A stretch of DNA of 64,000 nucleotides. Source: Yuukianura sp. NJ FZ-2021 (Eukaryota). Shown in pieces: positions 17,872 to 32,100 of this stretch. A model generated the notes under the pieces. It was not told the DNA's origin. It searched no databases and saw nothing but the letters and a program-made list of their open reading frames with translations. The stretch is from assembly GCA_046563655.1 (NCBI GenBank), contig CM102288.1, forward strand, positions 3,100,001 to 3,164,000. Direction: 5' to 3'. A program made the translations under genes and the position numbers. Within the stretch, counting starts at the first letter, position 1; the number at the start of each line of letters is the position of its first letter.

Positions 17872-19987
17872 ATGCCAGCAGCCACTACCAGAGTTTATGG
17901 AGGTGATCAAGTTCAACAGAAATATTCTTCACTGGTAAGCGTCAAATTGAATGGAAGCTTGTGGTTTATCTAACATTGGTGATAATTGAAGTTGTTTTGG
18001 TGTTATTAATTAAAATTGTTTTGGGTTTTAGACAGGATTGATATATGTGTTCAATTTGATTGTTGGAACTGGGGCGTTGACACTCCCGGGTGCATTCAGT
18101 ACTGCAGGATGGGCTCTGGGCGTTGGATTTATATTGCTTCTGGCATTTATGAGGTAAACGAACTCAAAAAATCTTTAGAAGTACATAATTTTGAATTCCG
18201 TACGATTTTGATAAAGTTGTTGACTTTTTTCCAGTTATATGACGGCGACGTTTGTGGTAGAAGCAATGTCTATAGGAAATGCAATATTGGCTGGAAAACG
18301 ACGCGAAAAGGACTCGGCGGTTGATGAGAGCCCCAGTGAATCCAGGATTCTGCAAAGTAGCACAAGTCGTAGAGAAAGAGATCCACTCATTCCGTCCAGA
18401 TTTGCTGATGACTCAGATGACTTAAGATTTGTTGGAACCCGAAGTCGCTCAATCTTTGAAATCAATCAGCGCTTAGAACTCGTAAGATCTTTATAAACAA
18501 AAACTTCCTCTTCCTTAAGTTTTTAACGTGACTCATGTATCTCCAGGGTCGAATGGCGTCGCTATTTCTTGGTCGTCTGGGTTTGTATTTATTCTACCTC
18601 TGTCTCGCAATTTACCTTTACGGAGACCTGGCCATTTACATCGCCGCTGTGGCCAAGTCGCTCAGAGATGTCGCTTGGTAAACCACTTGAATTATAACAA
18701 CCTTGAAGCGTCGTGTCCGTGTGACTCATAACTACTGAAGTTTCATTTTACAGTGTGTATGTTCCACCGACAAATGAGTCCGGTCCTGGCAATGACACAA
18801 ATCCTTTGAGCGACGACACTTTCTGCTGGTCTCACAGCGACAGTGTGACAAGAGAAGGGGCCTACAGGATCTTTGCAATTCTATTTCTTCTTACACTTGG
18901 ACCATTTTGTTTTTTCAATGTTACCAAAACCAAGTATTTGCAATTATTTACTTCAAGCATGCGCTGGACAGGTAAACCAATACCCACCAATACCAAAAGT
19001 ATCATTTCTCAAAGGAATCTCTGTAAATTGCATTTTGTTCACAGCTTTTATACTCATGATTGGATTGGCCAGCGATCGGATAATCAGCGGACAAGGAACG
19101 GGGCACCCTTTTCCAGCCCGCATTTCATCGTTACCAAACTTATTTGGAATCTGTGTCTACTCTTTTATGTGTCATCACTCCCTTCCGTCACTGATTACTC
19201 CATTCTCAACTAAACGCAAAATCTACAGTCTCCTGGGAGCTGATTACCTCCTCATCACAGTCTTCTATCTCCTTCTAGCCCTCACTGGTGTCTTCGCTTT
19301 TGACCAAATTCAAGACCTGTACACTCTCAACTTCGAACCACAACATTCCGGTGACTCCAACTTTCCCGCCGTTTTGCAGTACTTCTTAGCCCTCTTTCCA
19401 GTGTTTACACTCTCAACTAATTTTCCCATCATTGCTATAACTTTGAAGAACAACTTGAAGAGCCTGTTCCGAGTTGTGGATGAAGAAGACGAAGATGTAG
19501 GAGAAGATTCAGAATCGGAAGATGAAAGTGGAGCACTCGGATATCCCAGCCTAAACGTTCCTCTACACCGAACGGTTGAACCAGATCCACCTTCGACAGT
19601 TTGTTGTCGACTGTTATCCAAAGCTGGATTTCCACTTTTGGCAATACTTCCACCATTTCTTGTTGCCTTTCTGGTTCAAGACGTTCAGTTCCTAGTTGGG
19701 TTCACGGGATCATATGCTGGGGCAGGGTGAGCATTTTCTAAAGCTAAAACTCAGTTTAACTCTTTTTTTAACTAAACTAACTTGCTTCGGATTTTAGGAT
19801 TCAGTACATCACGCCGGCGCTACTTGTGTACAACGCCAGGAAGAACAGAAGAGTGCGGTCAGAAGTGAATCCTTATGCATCTCCGTTTAAACACGTCGTC
19901 TGGGTGTGGCTCGTCCTTCTGTGGTCAGTCGTGTCCATTCTGTTCATTACGATTCATCGGTTTTTGAACTTGGAATCCACTGAATGA
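17872..19987 (+). CDS. TMEM104: Transmembrane protein 104 homolog (amino-acid transporter-like)
   Basis: GLIYVFNLIVGTGALTLP, FNVTKTKYLQ, FGICVYSFMCHHSLPSL, FPVFTLSTNFPIIAITLKNNL and TGSYAGAG|IQY motifs. Confidence 0.93.
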
Positions 19988-20753
19988 GGTCAAGGATACT
20001 CAGAAGTGTGCTCAAATGACAAATGTTCCATTCCGAATTGCGAGACCAACTAATATTTAACTTCGTATCTTCCGGCTTTCTATCGTTTGACTGAAATCGG
20101 TTCCTAAACCAGTGATAATTTAGGAACAACAGACATTACAGTTAGTCAATTCTAGTACGTCTACCAAAGCAGCCATTACCAGTAATGTAAGTGATCAAAG
20201 TAATGCAAAGAGACATTCGAAACTTAGAGTTAAGATTAATTAATCCGAGATTCGTAATTAATTCTTGGTAGGATACAAGTTTAATTGAGATTCGTACCGA
20301 AAACGATTGAGAATTACTGAGATGCCAAATCAATTTGTTCAGTCTCGACTGTTGTACACGCTAATTGCTAATGTACCAAGTAATTTCTTCCATTTTGTCT
20401 ATGTCACGACGTGTTCGATAGAAGTGATGAGATTAATTGCATAATTAATGTAAATTGATTACTGAATTAAACATATTTAAGCTTGTACTTTGATTAACCG
20501 AGAGTTCGGATACTATTTTAATTTTTAATGGATATGGAAGTTATACGAGGAAAAAGCTTCCTCCCCCACGCCATGGATTTTTGATCTGTCAACTGCCCCT
20601 GTCACTTGACAGACAAAAAAGTTGACAGTGTCAGCAGTCATTTCCTGGAAGGTGTCCAGGGAGGTTCACTTTAACTTGTACACTTGGTATTGTTCTAATT
20701 CACACCACCGTTGGCAGAATTCCTGACGAACGTACGCTTTTGTGGCCACCGAA

Positions 20754-23700
20754 ATGGTGGATCTATCTTCGATAATCGTTCTTCTTGTGATTGCCGGGCA
20801 GCTTCATGGATTTGACCTCAGTAGCTCCTTGGAATCGTTTTTGCCTGAACCGTCACTGAAAACGGCAGAAGCAGCAGACCTGTCCGATTTCTTTGTTGAC
20901 CAGGTCCAGGATATGAGACTTGACCTCACCAGGTCATTCATTGCTCAACACAGTCGTAGGAAACGCGGTAAACAATCCTCTTATTAGGCTTCCATGTACA
21001 AATTGGGTCTTTGGCTGACATTTTCTTCATTTTTAGAAATTCTGAAATACTCGTATGAAGCGTCACTGGCAAGCAAGAGCGAAGGAGGATTTGAGACCAG
21101 AGGTCAATCAATTTCTTACCCTTGCATGTACAAAAACCAAACGTTGATTCTCCAAGAAGATGGCATTTATTCACTGGCGGACATTAAACGACCATCCACC
21201 CTGGCCAAGGTCACTTCATGGACGCTGGACAGAGGAGAGAGAATTCTCAAGGTAATGAGTTAATCATGCATAAACTAAATCATTTTCAATTATAAATAGT
21301 AGTACGTCTATGAGAATTTACATCTAAAGCATATCTTTCGAATGACCGACCATGACTAAAAACTTTGATAAGGTTTAGAACGACCTGGTGACCTTGCATC
21401 TTTTATTACCTGCAATTGATTTATACTTTGACTTTAGACTGCTGAATGGACTGGAACTCTGTTCATTTTGACTGCAAATGGCCAGAAAACTAGGCTCTAC
21501 ACACTGACACATCATGGTGGAACTTCATACAGTGTTGGAATGAAACAGGAAATGAGGAGCGAAGCATATCCAACTGCTGCAACATTCTTTGTACATGCAT
21601 ATGACCTCTACTTGATCCTGACGATGGATAACAAGGCTCATTCCCTTACCATTTCACCGTAAATTGAACCAAATTGATTATCTTAACGCTAATTAAACAC
21701 ACCATAGCAGTTGAAGCTCATCTCCTAACATGTACTGTATCTGTAGGATCTACCGATGGTCCAGAACTTACATGGATCAAATCCATGAGATCCAGACAAG
21801 AGGAGCAGTAGACGTTGTAGCCTTTCCAGTGTCATCGTATACCTATGTTGCCATTGCGCAAGCAGAAGATGCTGCCGGAAACCAAGAGGTTCAACGACCA
21901 TGTCCAATTCCAACTAACTACAGTCTTAACTATTTAATCATTTGCGTAACTAACGACATCTGAATTACTAATTAAATAGGTTGGCACTCTGATTATTCGG
22001 ATGTACGCAAAAGGAGAAGTAGAGAAAGTCCAACTGCTATGGAGTATCCATGCTGTTTCTGTGACCTACGTAAGGTTTCTGGAAGAACACTTTCTTGTGA
22101 TTGGTCAGAGAGATGAAGCAAGCATTTGCTATTGGTTTGGAGGTAAAAACGTTCAAAAAACTTAAAAAGTTGAACTATTTTAGTACTTTTTTGTTCGTTT
22201 TTCAGGATACCATTTTGTATACTGGCAGTCCCTTCCAGGCTTGCTCGGAAACTCTGTCTTCCTGGACAGTTTTGTTTTGCCAGATCACGAACCACTGCTG
22301 CTAGGATCCACGGAATCCACTGTCGGTATTTACGCCCGAAGAAAGATTGGGACAGCCAGGGAAATATCGTCCTTGAACTTGACTTCCGTGTTGTACCGAA
22401 CCACCAGCTCATCTGAACGTATCGTAGACGCTCGGTTTATCCAGTCTAGTGCCATTGGAGAACAAACTTTGTCGCTGGCCCTGACGCTGCAAACATCACA
22501 AGTCAGAACGTCCTTTCAAATTCTTCCGTTGATCTTGACCAAAGTTGCCATTAGTAAGGAAATCAAAATCAAAATTTGAAAAAGTACAGTTTTTAAAAAT
22601 TTTGAAACACAACCGTGACCTTGTACTTTCCAGCGGAAGCACAAGTGGACTCGGAAGACAAATTAAGCAGTTGCATGAATTCATTGAGGAGAGCACTGGA
22701 TGAAGATGAAGAGTCACTTGGCGTAATTGAACGAGCAGATTCTCAAATTCTTACGAAAAGTGGAGACTGGACGTTCGATGGACGTCTTGTGACTAAAGTC
22801 ACGGCTGAAGTTGGACCGAAATCAACAGTTTCCAAAATGGTTGTCGCTCCACAGGTCAAATCTGAAGGTAAAAAATGCGCTTCATTACTTTTTTGTACCG
22901 AGTAATTTTTGGGAAAGTGGTTGCTCTCATTGTGGAAAAATTTTTTTTAGATGGTTACAATTTACCACCATCAGTTCTTGCCCGCAAGTCTGAGCAGCAT
23001 TTAGAAGATTACAAGAATTTCATGGAGAAGATTTTGGCAAACATTTTGACCAAATCAAAATCTGGACAGATTTCGGCCCATTTCAAATTTCCCAATGAAC
23101 TGCGCATTCGCACTCTGCAATCAGCGTCAGGAATCAAGGTGTTGTACAAATCTGCAACTTTTTTGAAATTGAAATTGAATTTGGAAGTTTTCAAAAAAAA
23201 ATTTTGGCTTCGGTCTTTAGTTGGACGCTTTGAACGGAATTCCTTGGGAAATTTTGGAAAGCCAAGTTCTGCATCGTGACCTTCCTAATCAGGTCGTCAC
23301 TGGAAACTGGGAAATTTACACGCTAAAATCCACTGCAATTGAAACTGGATCTCGAATTGGAAATGCTTACATTTCTGGTATTTTTTTTTTAAATTTGAAT
23401 TCAAAAGAAGGTGACCTTTGACCTTTACCTGAACAAATTTTACTTTGAAGATTTCCTGCTTACTACTCAAAATGGAAGACGAACAGAAGTTCAAGGGAAT
23501 GTGACTTTTGCGAGAGACTTGGACGTCGAGGATTTGGTCATGGGCCCTTATGTGACCCTTAACGGAATTCCTTTCGGAGATATTGCCCTTAGAAGTGAAG
23601 GTGACACTGTCATTCGAGGGTACAAGACTGGAGAAAGCGTCAAGGGAGGAACAAAGTTAGAAGTGGATCTTGTCAATCAGGTTGGACTGTTCAAAATTAT

Positions 23701-26700
23701 TATAAAACCAATTTTTACATCATACTTTTTTTTCTGTTAGGTCAAACTCTTGTCTTGGTACGAAAATACTTTGAAGATTGACGGCATTCCACAGGAATCG
23801 TGCACTGGAAACAAAACGTTTTTGGGTGATGTTACCATTAAGGCACTGACGCTGGACAGGCTCAACGGAAGGGACTGGAATGAGTTTACAGCGTCTTTGC
23901 TGCTCAATGGTGTCGACCAAGATGTTCATGGTGAAACTACAAAGAAATCAAAACTTTTGTAATAAGTTATTCCAAATAATTCATCTTAATTTTAACCGTT
24001 GTAGGAGACCTGACCACTGGGAAATTGAAAGTCACTGACCTGTATGTCCAGAAGATCAACTCCGTTCCAGTGGACGACTGGATGACAACATCAACTTCTC
24101 AAACGATTCGATCCAACATTCACGTTGTCTCTCAAGCCCAATTCCGGAAAAACGTCAATTCTAATTCGATCAATGGAATTCAACTCTCAGATGGAGTTTT
24201 GCGATCCGACACTGATGTGACCATATCCGGTCCACTGGAATTCAGCAGTTTGACTCTAGGCAATTTGACCTTTAACTCCCGCACAACTCTAAATTCGCTT
24301 CAAATTTCCGCTGCAGCTCAACTGAGGAAGAAACACATTTATTCTACTGTTACTGGAGAAGAACTTGCATTGGATGGGAACGTCGAAGTTGGAGAGCTGG
24401 AAAGTTCAAGGTTCAATGGCATGCGCTTTGGTTCCATTCGAGACTACTACTGGAGTAGAGAAGGAAATAACAGAATTTCAAGCGATTTTCAGTTCGGATC
24501 GGCCAAAATCAGTGCTGACGTTTTCTCTACGTCAACTTTGAATTCCATTAGGATCGAAGACTTTGTCCGCCTGAGCTCCGATGGACCAATTACTGGAAAT
24601 CTCCAGTTCAATTCAGACGTTGTAGTTAGTCAACCGGTGGTAATGGCTGATGGAACGACGATTAACACTTACGACATTTCAGAAGTGGAGCGAGACATTG
24701 TCAGGGTCAGTGACAGCCAAAGGAGAATCGGAGGACGCAAGGAATTTACAGATTTGATTGAAGCTAGAGGTGGAATTGAGGTGAATGAAATCAACGGGAT
24801 TTATGTGAAGAAGGATCTTGTGTTCCTGGAAGGCTATGGAAAACTTGGTAACAAGAATTTTGAGGAAGTAGTGGCAGAAGAAGTTCAGTCTGAAGTGGAT
24901 GTCAAGGTCAGTGGACTGGTAAACGGAGTGGAACTGAAGTCAATTGGAGAAAAATCGGTGTACTTGGACAGTTATGATGAAAAACTAAGAATCGAATCGG
25001 ATGTGGTCTTTCACAAGTCGTTGTCAGGTACTAAAAATTTTAATTTTTAAAAAGTATGAAAATTTTGGAGAAGTTAAGTCAATCGTTTCGTTTTTAGTGG
25101 ATTCGCTAACTGTTCTCAATGGAATAAACGGGATCAAAGTGGCAGAAATTTTGGCAAATGTGATTCCGCTGGACGAAGAAGTGATGCTGGAAAGATCTTT
25201 GGTGATTTCTGAAGGAAAAGTTCGTTTTCTTTCTCCTAGTGAAACAGAAAGTATCAACGGAATTTCTCCAAAAGATTGGCTGTCAAAGGTGGAAATTTTG
25301 AAAAAAAAATTGTTTTCAAAAGTTTTTTGCCCTTTGTTTCTCACGATTTCCAAAATTTGGTGTTATGTTTCAGATTGTCAGTCGCTCTGAAGATGCTGAT
25401 TTCTTGGGGAGTTACGAATTTTCTAACGTGGTTGTGGATGGAATGCTGTCCTGTGATTGGCTGAACAATGTCAACTTAACAAACCTCGAAGCCTCTGCCT
25501 TTTCGAAAACGAAGCATCAACTAATTCCTGGTCAATTTACGTTCCAAGAGGTGTACAGCCAAGGTCAATACAAACGAACACAGCCAATAATCCGAACTTT
25601 GTGAAAAACGAGTTTGGCTAGTCAAAATGTGAATTTTTCTAACTGCCGTTTTTGTTCTACACAGGAAACTTGATTACAACAAACCTTTCTGGAATTCCAA
25701 TTTCCGAATTCGTCAGAATTGACGAAGATTCAAAAATTTTTGGAGACATTGTGTTCAAAACCGACACTTTAGCAGTTCAAAACAACATTCAACTGCGCGG
25801 TCTCTTGAACAACTACAAAATTGAAGAAGTCGCTGAATACTTGAAGGGGCTGGAAGGACATCGAAAGTTTGGGAAAATCACTGTAGAAGGAAACTTAAGT
25901 TGGGATGTTTCAGAAGTATCTCGAAGAAGACTATCATATTTGCTCTCAAATGCTGTCACGGTCAACACTGACCAGCACGTCAGAGGCCTCGTGACCTTCG
26001 CCAATGATCTGGATGTCAACACGCTTCAAACTCTAAAGTGGATCAAAGGAGTCGACTTGGCTTTTATCCTGAAGGATTGTCTGTTTCCATATGACGAGGC
26101 TCTATTCACTGGTCACGTCGTCTTTGATAAAGAAATTGTTGCTGGAGGAAATACTTACAGCTCTAGAGGAAGAAGTCCGGTACAGGTCAAAGGTCATCTG
26201 AATACTGCCAAGGTCAATGACATTGTCTTGAAGACTTTGTATCAAGAAATTGTTAGACGAAATTCATCCAGAAAAGTTTATGGAACGAAAACTTTTAGTC
26301 GTGGCATCTCCGTGTACAACCTGAACGTCTATGGTACTTTTGTTTAAAAAAATCGTTCCTATTTCTTTAGGAAATTGGACTTGTGCTTGGGCGCTGATCT
26401 TATTTGTTTGGATATTTAGGACTGGTTGATGGCATTGACACGAAGACTTTGGTGACATTTGGTGACGACCGTCAAGTTGACACTGTGACGATGTCCGACG
26501 TGTCCATTTCTGGAAACCTACATTTCAAGAAACTCAATGGCTATGACTTGGAATACTACTTTCCAGAACGAATAACAGTGGAGAAGAATCACAGAATTGA
26601 CGCACCTTGGATCTTTCAGGAAGATGTTAAAGTCAAAAGTAAGATTTTGGAAAGAAAAAAGTCGAAATAAGCCATTTTTGATACCGAATGTTTGGTTAAT

Positions 26701-28567
26701 TTGAACTGATTTCTCTAGATTGTGAATTTTATTCCATCAATGATCTCCGACTGTCCAACATCTTTTTTCGCAAATCGCTTGAAACTCAAAGATTTTCTGG
26801 AGAAAAGAAATTTCACAGTGTAACCATCGAAGGAGACCTGGAAGACGTCACGATTAATGGAATCGCTTTGGACAAGGTTAAAAAAGGCGTTTTGGGACTG
26901 GACCGTGACGAAGTAATCCACCGGCATATGTTGTTCCTGGACACGGTTCACCTTGCTGGTCCACTGAACATAACTGGAGCTGTGAATGACTACTCAATTG
27001 ACGCTGTAGCACAGAAATTCACTGCCAACTTGGAAGATTTAGTTGAAAACATGCTTGTTTCTGAAGAGACAAGAAAGCACACTAGTGATTTGATCTATGA
27101 CCTTCAGAAGGCCCAGAATGCTGAACAAGGATTTTGGTTGGACTATGTCGAAGATCGAGTGGAGTTGGCCGGAATTCTGGAAGGTCCAACGACTCGAGTG
27201 GAATCTTTTGTCCATCCTGACGAAGACGGCAAAGTGACAATTGCTTTTCATGGACAAACAACGGAGACTGGTGGAGCTCTTCCGACTGGATGTACTTGTT
27301 CGTTCTTGCAGTTCTTTCATTTTGACAAGCATCTGGAAGTACTGGACAACGTAAGATGCTTGAGAATCTTCGATGTTGTTGGAAACGACGTCAGCTACAC
27401 GATCTACAGTCATGTTGTGTCTTATAACAAAACGTAAGTCAAGAATTTTCAAATTCTTTCCCGATTCCATCTTCTAATAAAGATTTAAAAAAAAATTTTT
27501 TTTTTTGAATTTTCAGTTGCTCGCGCCGTGAAAAAGGAGAAACGTTTGTGTCCGTTTCGCAAAACGAGAGGGAACGCTACCGTATCAAGGACAGAGGATC
27601 CGTGAAAGCTGATTGGTCCGTTGGACGGCTGGAAGGAAGTGGATTCATCAGCGATGTCAAGGCTTTCGTCGTTGGTAAAAAGAGTTACCTGGTCATTGCT
27701 CAGTCATTTGACGCTTACGCTGGTAATTAAAATTCACTAAAACTTTATTTCAAAATTTCATAAAAAGTAATTTTACAAATTCAGCATAATTTTTCTGAAA
27801 TTCCAGGAACTCATAGAGCCGAAGTTCTAGTTTTTGAAACAACTTACGACAGGCTGGAGAAAGTTCAAAGTTTAGAGTCCCACGGTGCTCGTCGTCTGGC
27901 TCTTGACGATGTCAATGGCAACTGGATTCTGATAATCGGAAATGAAGGGGAACGGGACGATGCTGACCAAGGAGAAAAATGTCCAACAAAGTCCACAATT
28001 TACCAATGGTCGCCTGGAAGTCGCAAGTTTGTGCTTGTCAGAGAAGTTCCAACGACTGGACTAGTTGATGTGTCACTGTTGTCAATTGACCTTGAAGGGT
28101 ACTTCTCCGAAGCCTTTGCAGCATTTGCTCAAAATGAGGATGAAACTTTTGGAAAAGTGGCAATTTACAAGTACAAGAAGAACGACGACGACTTGGACAC
28201 TTTTAGTTTTTACCAAGAAATTGAAACTGAAGGGCCGGTTGGTGGAATTGAAAGTTTTTCGATTGGTGGCTCATCGTATCTGATTCTGGCAGTTCCATCC
28301 ACTGGTCTCAAATTCTACCAGTATACAAATCTTGAGGTTCGTTTTTTGAATTTGGTATAACTTGTTTTCGAAATTTTGAAAAGTTTTTGACTGAATTTTT
28401 GGTTTTTGCAGGGATTCAAGTTAAAGTTGACAGTAACTGGAGTGAAGAAAGCCAGTGACGTTGGATTTGTGATTCGCAAAGGTGAAATTTTCTTTCCAGT
28501 GGCTTCATCTGATCCTACTGTTGAAGGAATGCTGACTCAGGGTATCTTCCAGGGAAGACTTAACTAA
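20754..28567 (+). CDS. Very large secreted protein with N- and C-terminal EAR/EPTP-like repeats and a long central beta-repeat region; closca-like
   Basis: Signal peptide (MVDLSSIIVLLVIAG), furin-like RRKR, EPTP-like SPIYRW..QEIQTRGAVDV and STIYQWSP..VREVPTTGLVDV, and many (I/V)NG(I/V) repeats. Many small introns; stop TAA 28565-28567. The closca assignment comes from architecture only. Confidence 0.7.
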
Positions 28568-29104
28568 ATTAGCTAATTGTAATTAATTTAGTAACTAAAT
28601 ATTAACAAAAGTAGCAAATTCAGAATTAATTAGTTGAGTAGAGTTAATTGGTTAGTGTCAATTAGTTCTTTAACTACTAGTAAGTTCTTAACTGACTATT
28701 TATCTATTTTCAATTGTTTGTTTTAAATATGTTTTGTTTTTACAGTTAAAGTAAAAGTTGTTACTGTTTATGTTTATACAAAAGTTATTATCAAGTTTCT
28801 CGCTAGAGAGTTCGATCCATGTCGCATCTAAAATGTAAAACCTAACTTTTTTTTAAGATTTTAGTCTAGTTTATAGCGAAATTTCGAAGCTAAAAGTAGT
28901 TAGAGTAATTGTCGCATAAATTACTTAATGTTAACGCAAAAGTCTTGAAACTAAAGTTAAAATTAAGTTACGCTAGATTTGTCGTTGGATATGAATTACA
29001 AAAATGTGAGAAGTAGAGAAGCGGAATGTTAGTATCGCTCAGAATATCAAACGCTTATGTCGGAGACGCAGAAATCGCTGGCGCATTCGCAAGCGATTTC
29101 CGTT

Positions 29105-32100
29105 TTAGACGTTATTTTCCTTCCTGAGTGACCCAAAGCTTTGCATATGAATGGATGCATGATTCCTTGCTTTGCTGAGGGTGGCATACGGTGTGTGATG
29201 GGGCCCTTGACTGAAATTGGTATGTTTTCGGTCAAGGGTATTGATAGTCAGAGTAGCCGGTTCTGGATTCATGTAAGACTGTGGTGGTGGAATGGCTACT
29301 TGGTCAAGTACTCTTGACCCTGAAGCACATTGCCCCAAGGGGGCAAATGAGTTGCAGAGGTCAGGCCCTGTTCGCTGGTCTTTGACTCTTGGATCTTGAC
29401 ATGTTGGGAGGAGAGATATGAATTGTTCTTCTGGATCTTCGTCTCCGGTCATTCGGTGTCCCTGGATTTCCGGTTGTGTTTGGAAAGTGATGATGTACTG
29501 GGATGGTGGATACTTGCGGAAGAATGCCACCATGTTAAAGAATGCTCCGAGTTCGGACAGTCCGAAGGACAGGAGGAATAAGTAGAAGGAGAAACCGTAC
29601 TTGTACCGGTAGAAACTCCGCAGACCGGTTTCCGTTTCTTCGTGACTCAACGGCAGATTGGCTTCAAATTCGGATCCGATTTGGGATACGAAACTGAGCA
29701 GAGCTGTTGCTTGGGACAAACCTACAAAAACAAAAAAAAAAACAGTTTTTGGTTGGTTTACTATAAAAAAAATCAATTGATCAAACAATTTTTTGTCGTT
29801 TTCATACAAAAAGAAGAACTGACGACACCGACAGGATAAACGTTAGATAAAGCATTTGGCACAAATTGATTTTGCTGATTAGTTATGGTTAGCGTTGATG
29901 GTTCGTAATTGCTTGTGGTGACGATGGTTGTCCCTTGGAGGTCAAAGGTCACATCCAGTATGCTTAAGCATACTCTTGCTGCTAAAACTTAGCAGGAGGA
30001 TGTGCATATGGGGTGGAAAGCAGGAAGGATTGTTTACTTTGGTTGCTGATTTGCATATTGCGATCTCTTTGGCTCATTTGCATATTGTGATCTGTGGGTG
30101 CTCATTTGCATATTGTGATCTCTGGTGTGAGAAGTCCGGCAGATTCGAAATGTTGAGATAAGAAGACAACAGAGATTGGGTTTTTAAAAGGACAAGTTAA
30201 AAAACAGAGGAGAGACGGAGACGTCAATACGTCAAGCAAAACAGATCATATCCCGGACACGGACCTCTCCCTTTCTTACGTCTTCAAAAACATACAGAGC
30301 TATGTGAACAGGATCAACAGAACATTTAATTACAACTTAATCTCTGTTAACTAATTACTTGACACCAACAAACAACATTTACTGGTCGGTGTGCATGTCA
30401 GTCTAATAAGAATTCCAAGGCCACATTGAAAGGGGTCAGTCAACGAAAGTGGATCTTAAACGTAGTAGGGGTCAGAGAGACACTGGATAATGGACTGCTG
30501 TGCTCTGAATTCCTACGATGTCAACACACAAATATCCAGGTCAATTGACAAGGAACTTCAGAAAGAAAGGAAAACGAGAGCTAGAGAGGTAAGAAGTTAA
30601 TCGATTAACTTAAATTGACTCTTTAGAATCATGTGACCTAATTGATACTAATTAACTGTGCTTTGATTTTTTTGTGGTTGGACAGATCAAGATCCTGTTA
30701 CTGGGGGCAGGGGAGAGTGGTAAATCGACGTTTCTGAAACAGATGCGACTAATTCATGGAATTGGATTCAATCCAGAGCTTCTTTTACAATATCAACATG
30801 TCATCTACTCAAACATTGTCCAAGGTAACAACTAATTCATGATAACTTGACCAAAAGGTGTCCAAACATTTAAGTATAACAAGTAATCAGTTAAGTTTGT
30901 ATTTTAGGTATGCGTGTCTTGTGTGATGCCAGAAACAAACTTGGGATTCCTTGGCAAGAGCCGGTCCATGCTCTTGACTCTGACTTGCTCCTCAGCACAA
31001 GTCCCAACTTCATTGATCAGTTCAAATTCAATACTCTACTGCCCTCAATTCAGCGATGTTGGACCGATCAAGGGATCAAAGAGACATTTGCCAGGAGAAA
31101 CCTCTTCCAAATCAGCGATTCAGTTGGCTACTTCTATGACGAACTGGAGAGAATTGGAAAGAAGGTACAGCAGTGTCCATATGTCACATTTTAGGTACTA
31201 TCGATCTCTGGTTTTTACAATGACGTGATGTTTCTCATTGTAGGACTGGACCCCTACCCCAACAGATATCCTTCACAGTCGTCTTGCTACTAAAGGAATC
31301 TACGAACTGAACATCATGATTGAAAAGCATCCGTTCAAGTTTATTGATGTCGGAGGGCAGCGGTCACAGAGGTCAAAGTGGCTTCAATGTTTCGACGGAA
31401 TCACCTCTCTGCTGTTCCTCGTCGCTGTCAATGAATTCGACCAAGTATGTCGGAAACAAACATGAAACTACAACTTTTACTATGATGTGAACTCATTTTA
31501 TGATTCTGCAGGTCTTACTAGAGGATCGGAGCACCAACCGATTGCAAGAGGCTTGCACAATTTTTGATGTGATAATCAACAACGCCATCTTCAACAAAGT
31601 TTCTATTATTCTCTTCCTGAACAAATTTGACCTCCTACGGGAAAAGGTATACCACGATTTTGAAAAAAAAAAAAGTCAATTAAAGTCATTTAAGTTCGTT
31701 TTTTGTCTTCTTGTTCAGGTTTCATCTTCACTCACAGCGAAGTCTCGTCTTTCAACTTACTTCCCTGCTTACAAAGGATCTGACTCTGGTAAAGTCACAG
31801 AAACTTGTTCTAAACTGATCGTGTCTCTTATTTCAATCAATTTTTTTTGTCATTTTAGATATCAACTCTATCTCCAACTTTATTCTGTCCATGTTCAAAC
31901 AGTTGAACAGAAATCCAAACAAAGAATTCTTCTACCACTTTACAACTGCCATTGACACTGAAAACATCAAGATTGTGTTCAATTCCGTCAAGAAAACAAT
32001 TCTCAACAGAAATCTAGAACAACTCATGCTCAGATGAAACTCCGCCTCTAAAAATCATTCACACTTGACAAAGTTCCAGAAAATGTGCCCAGCGAAGCAC

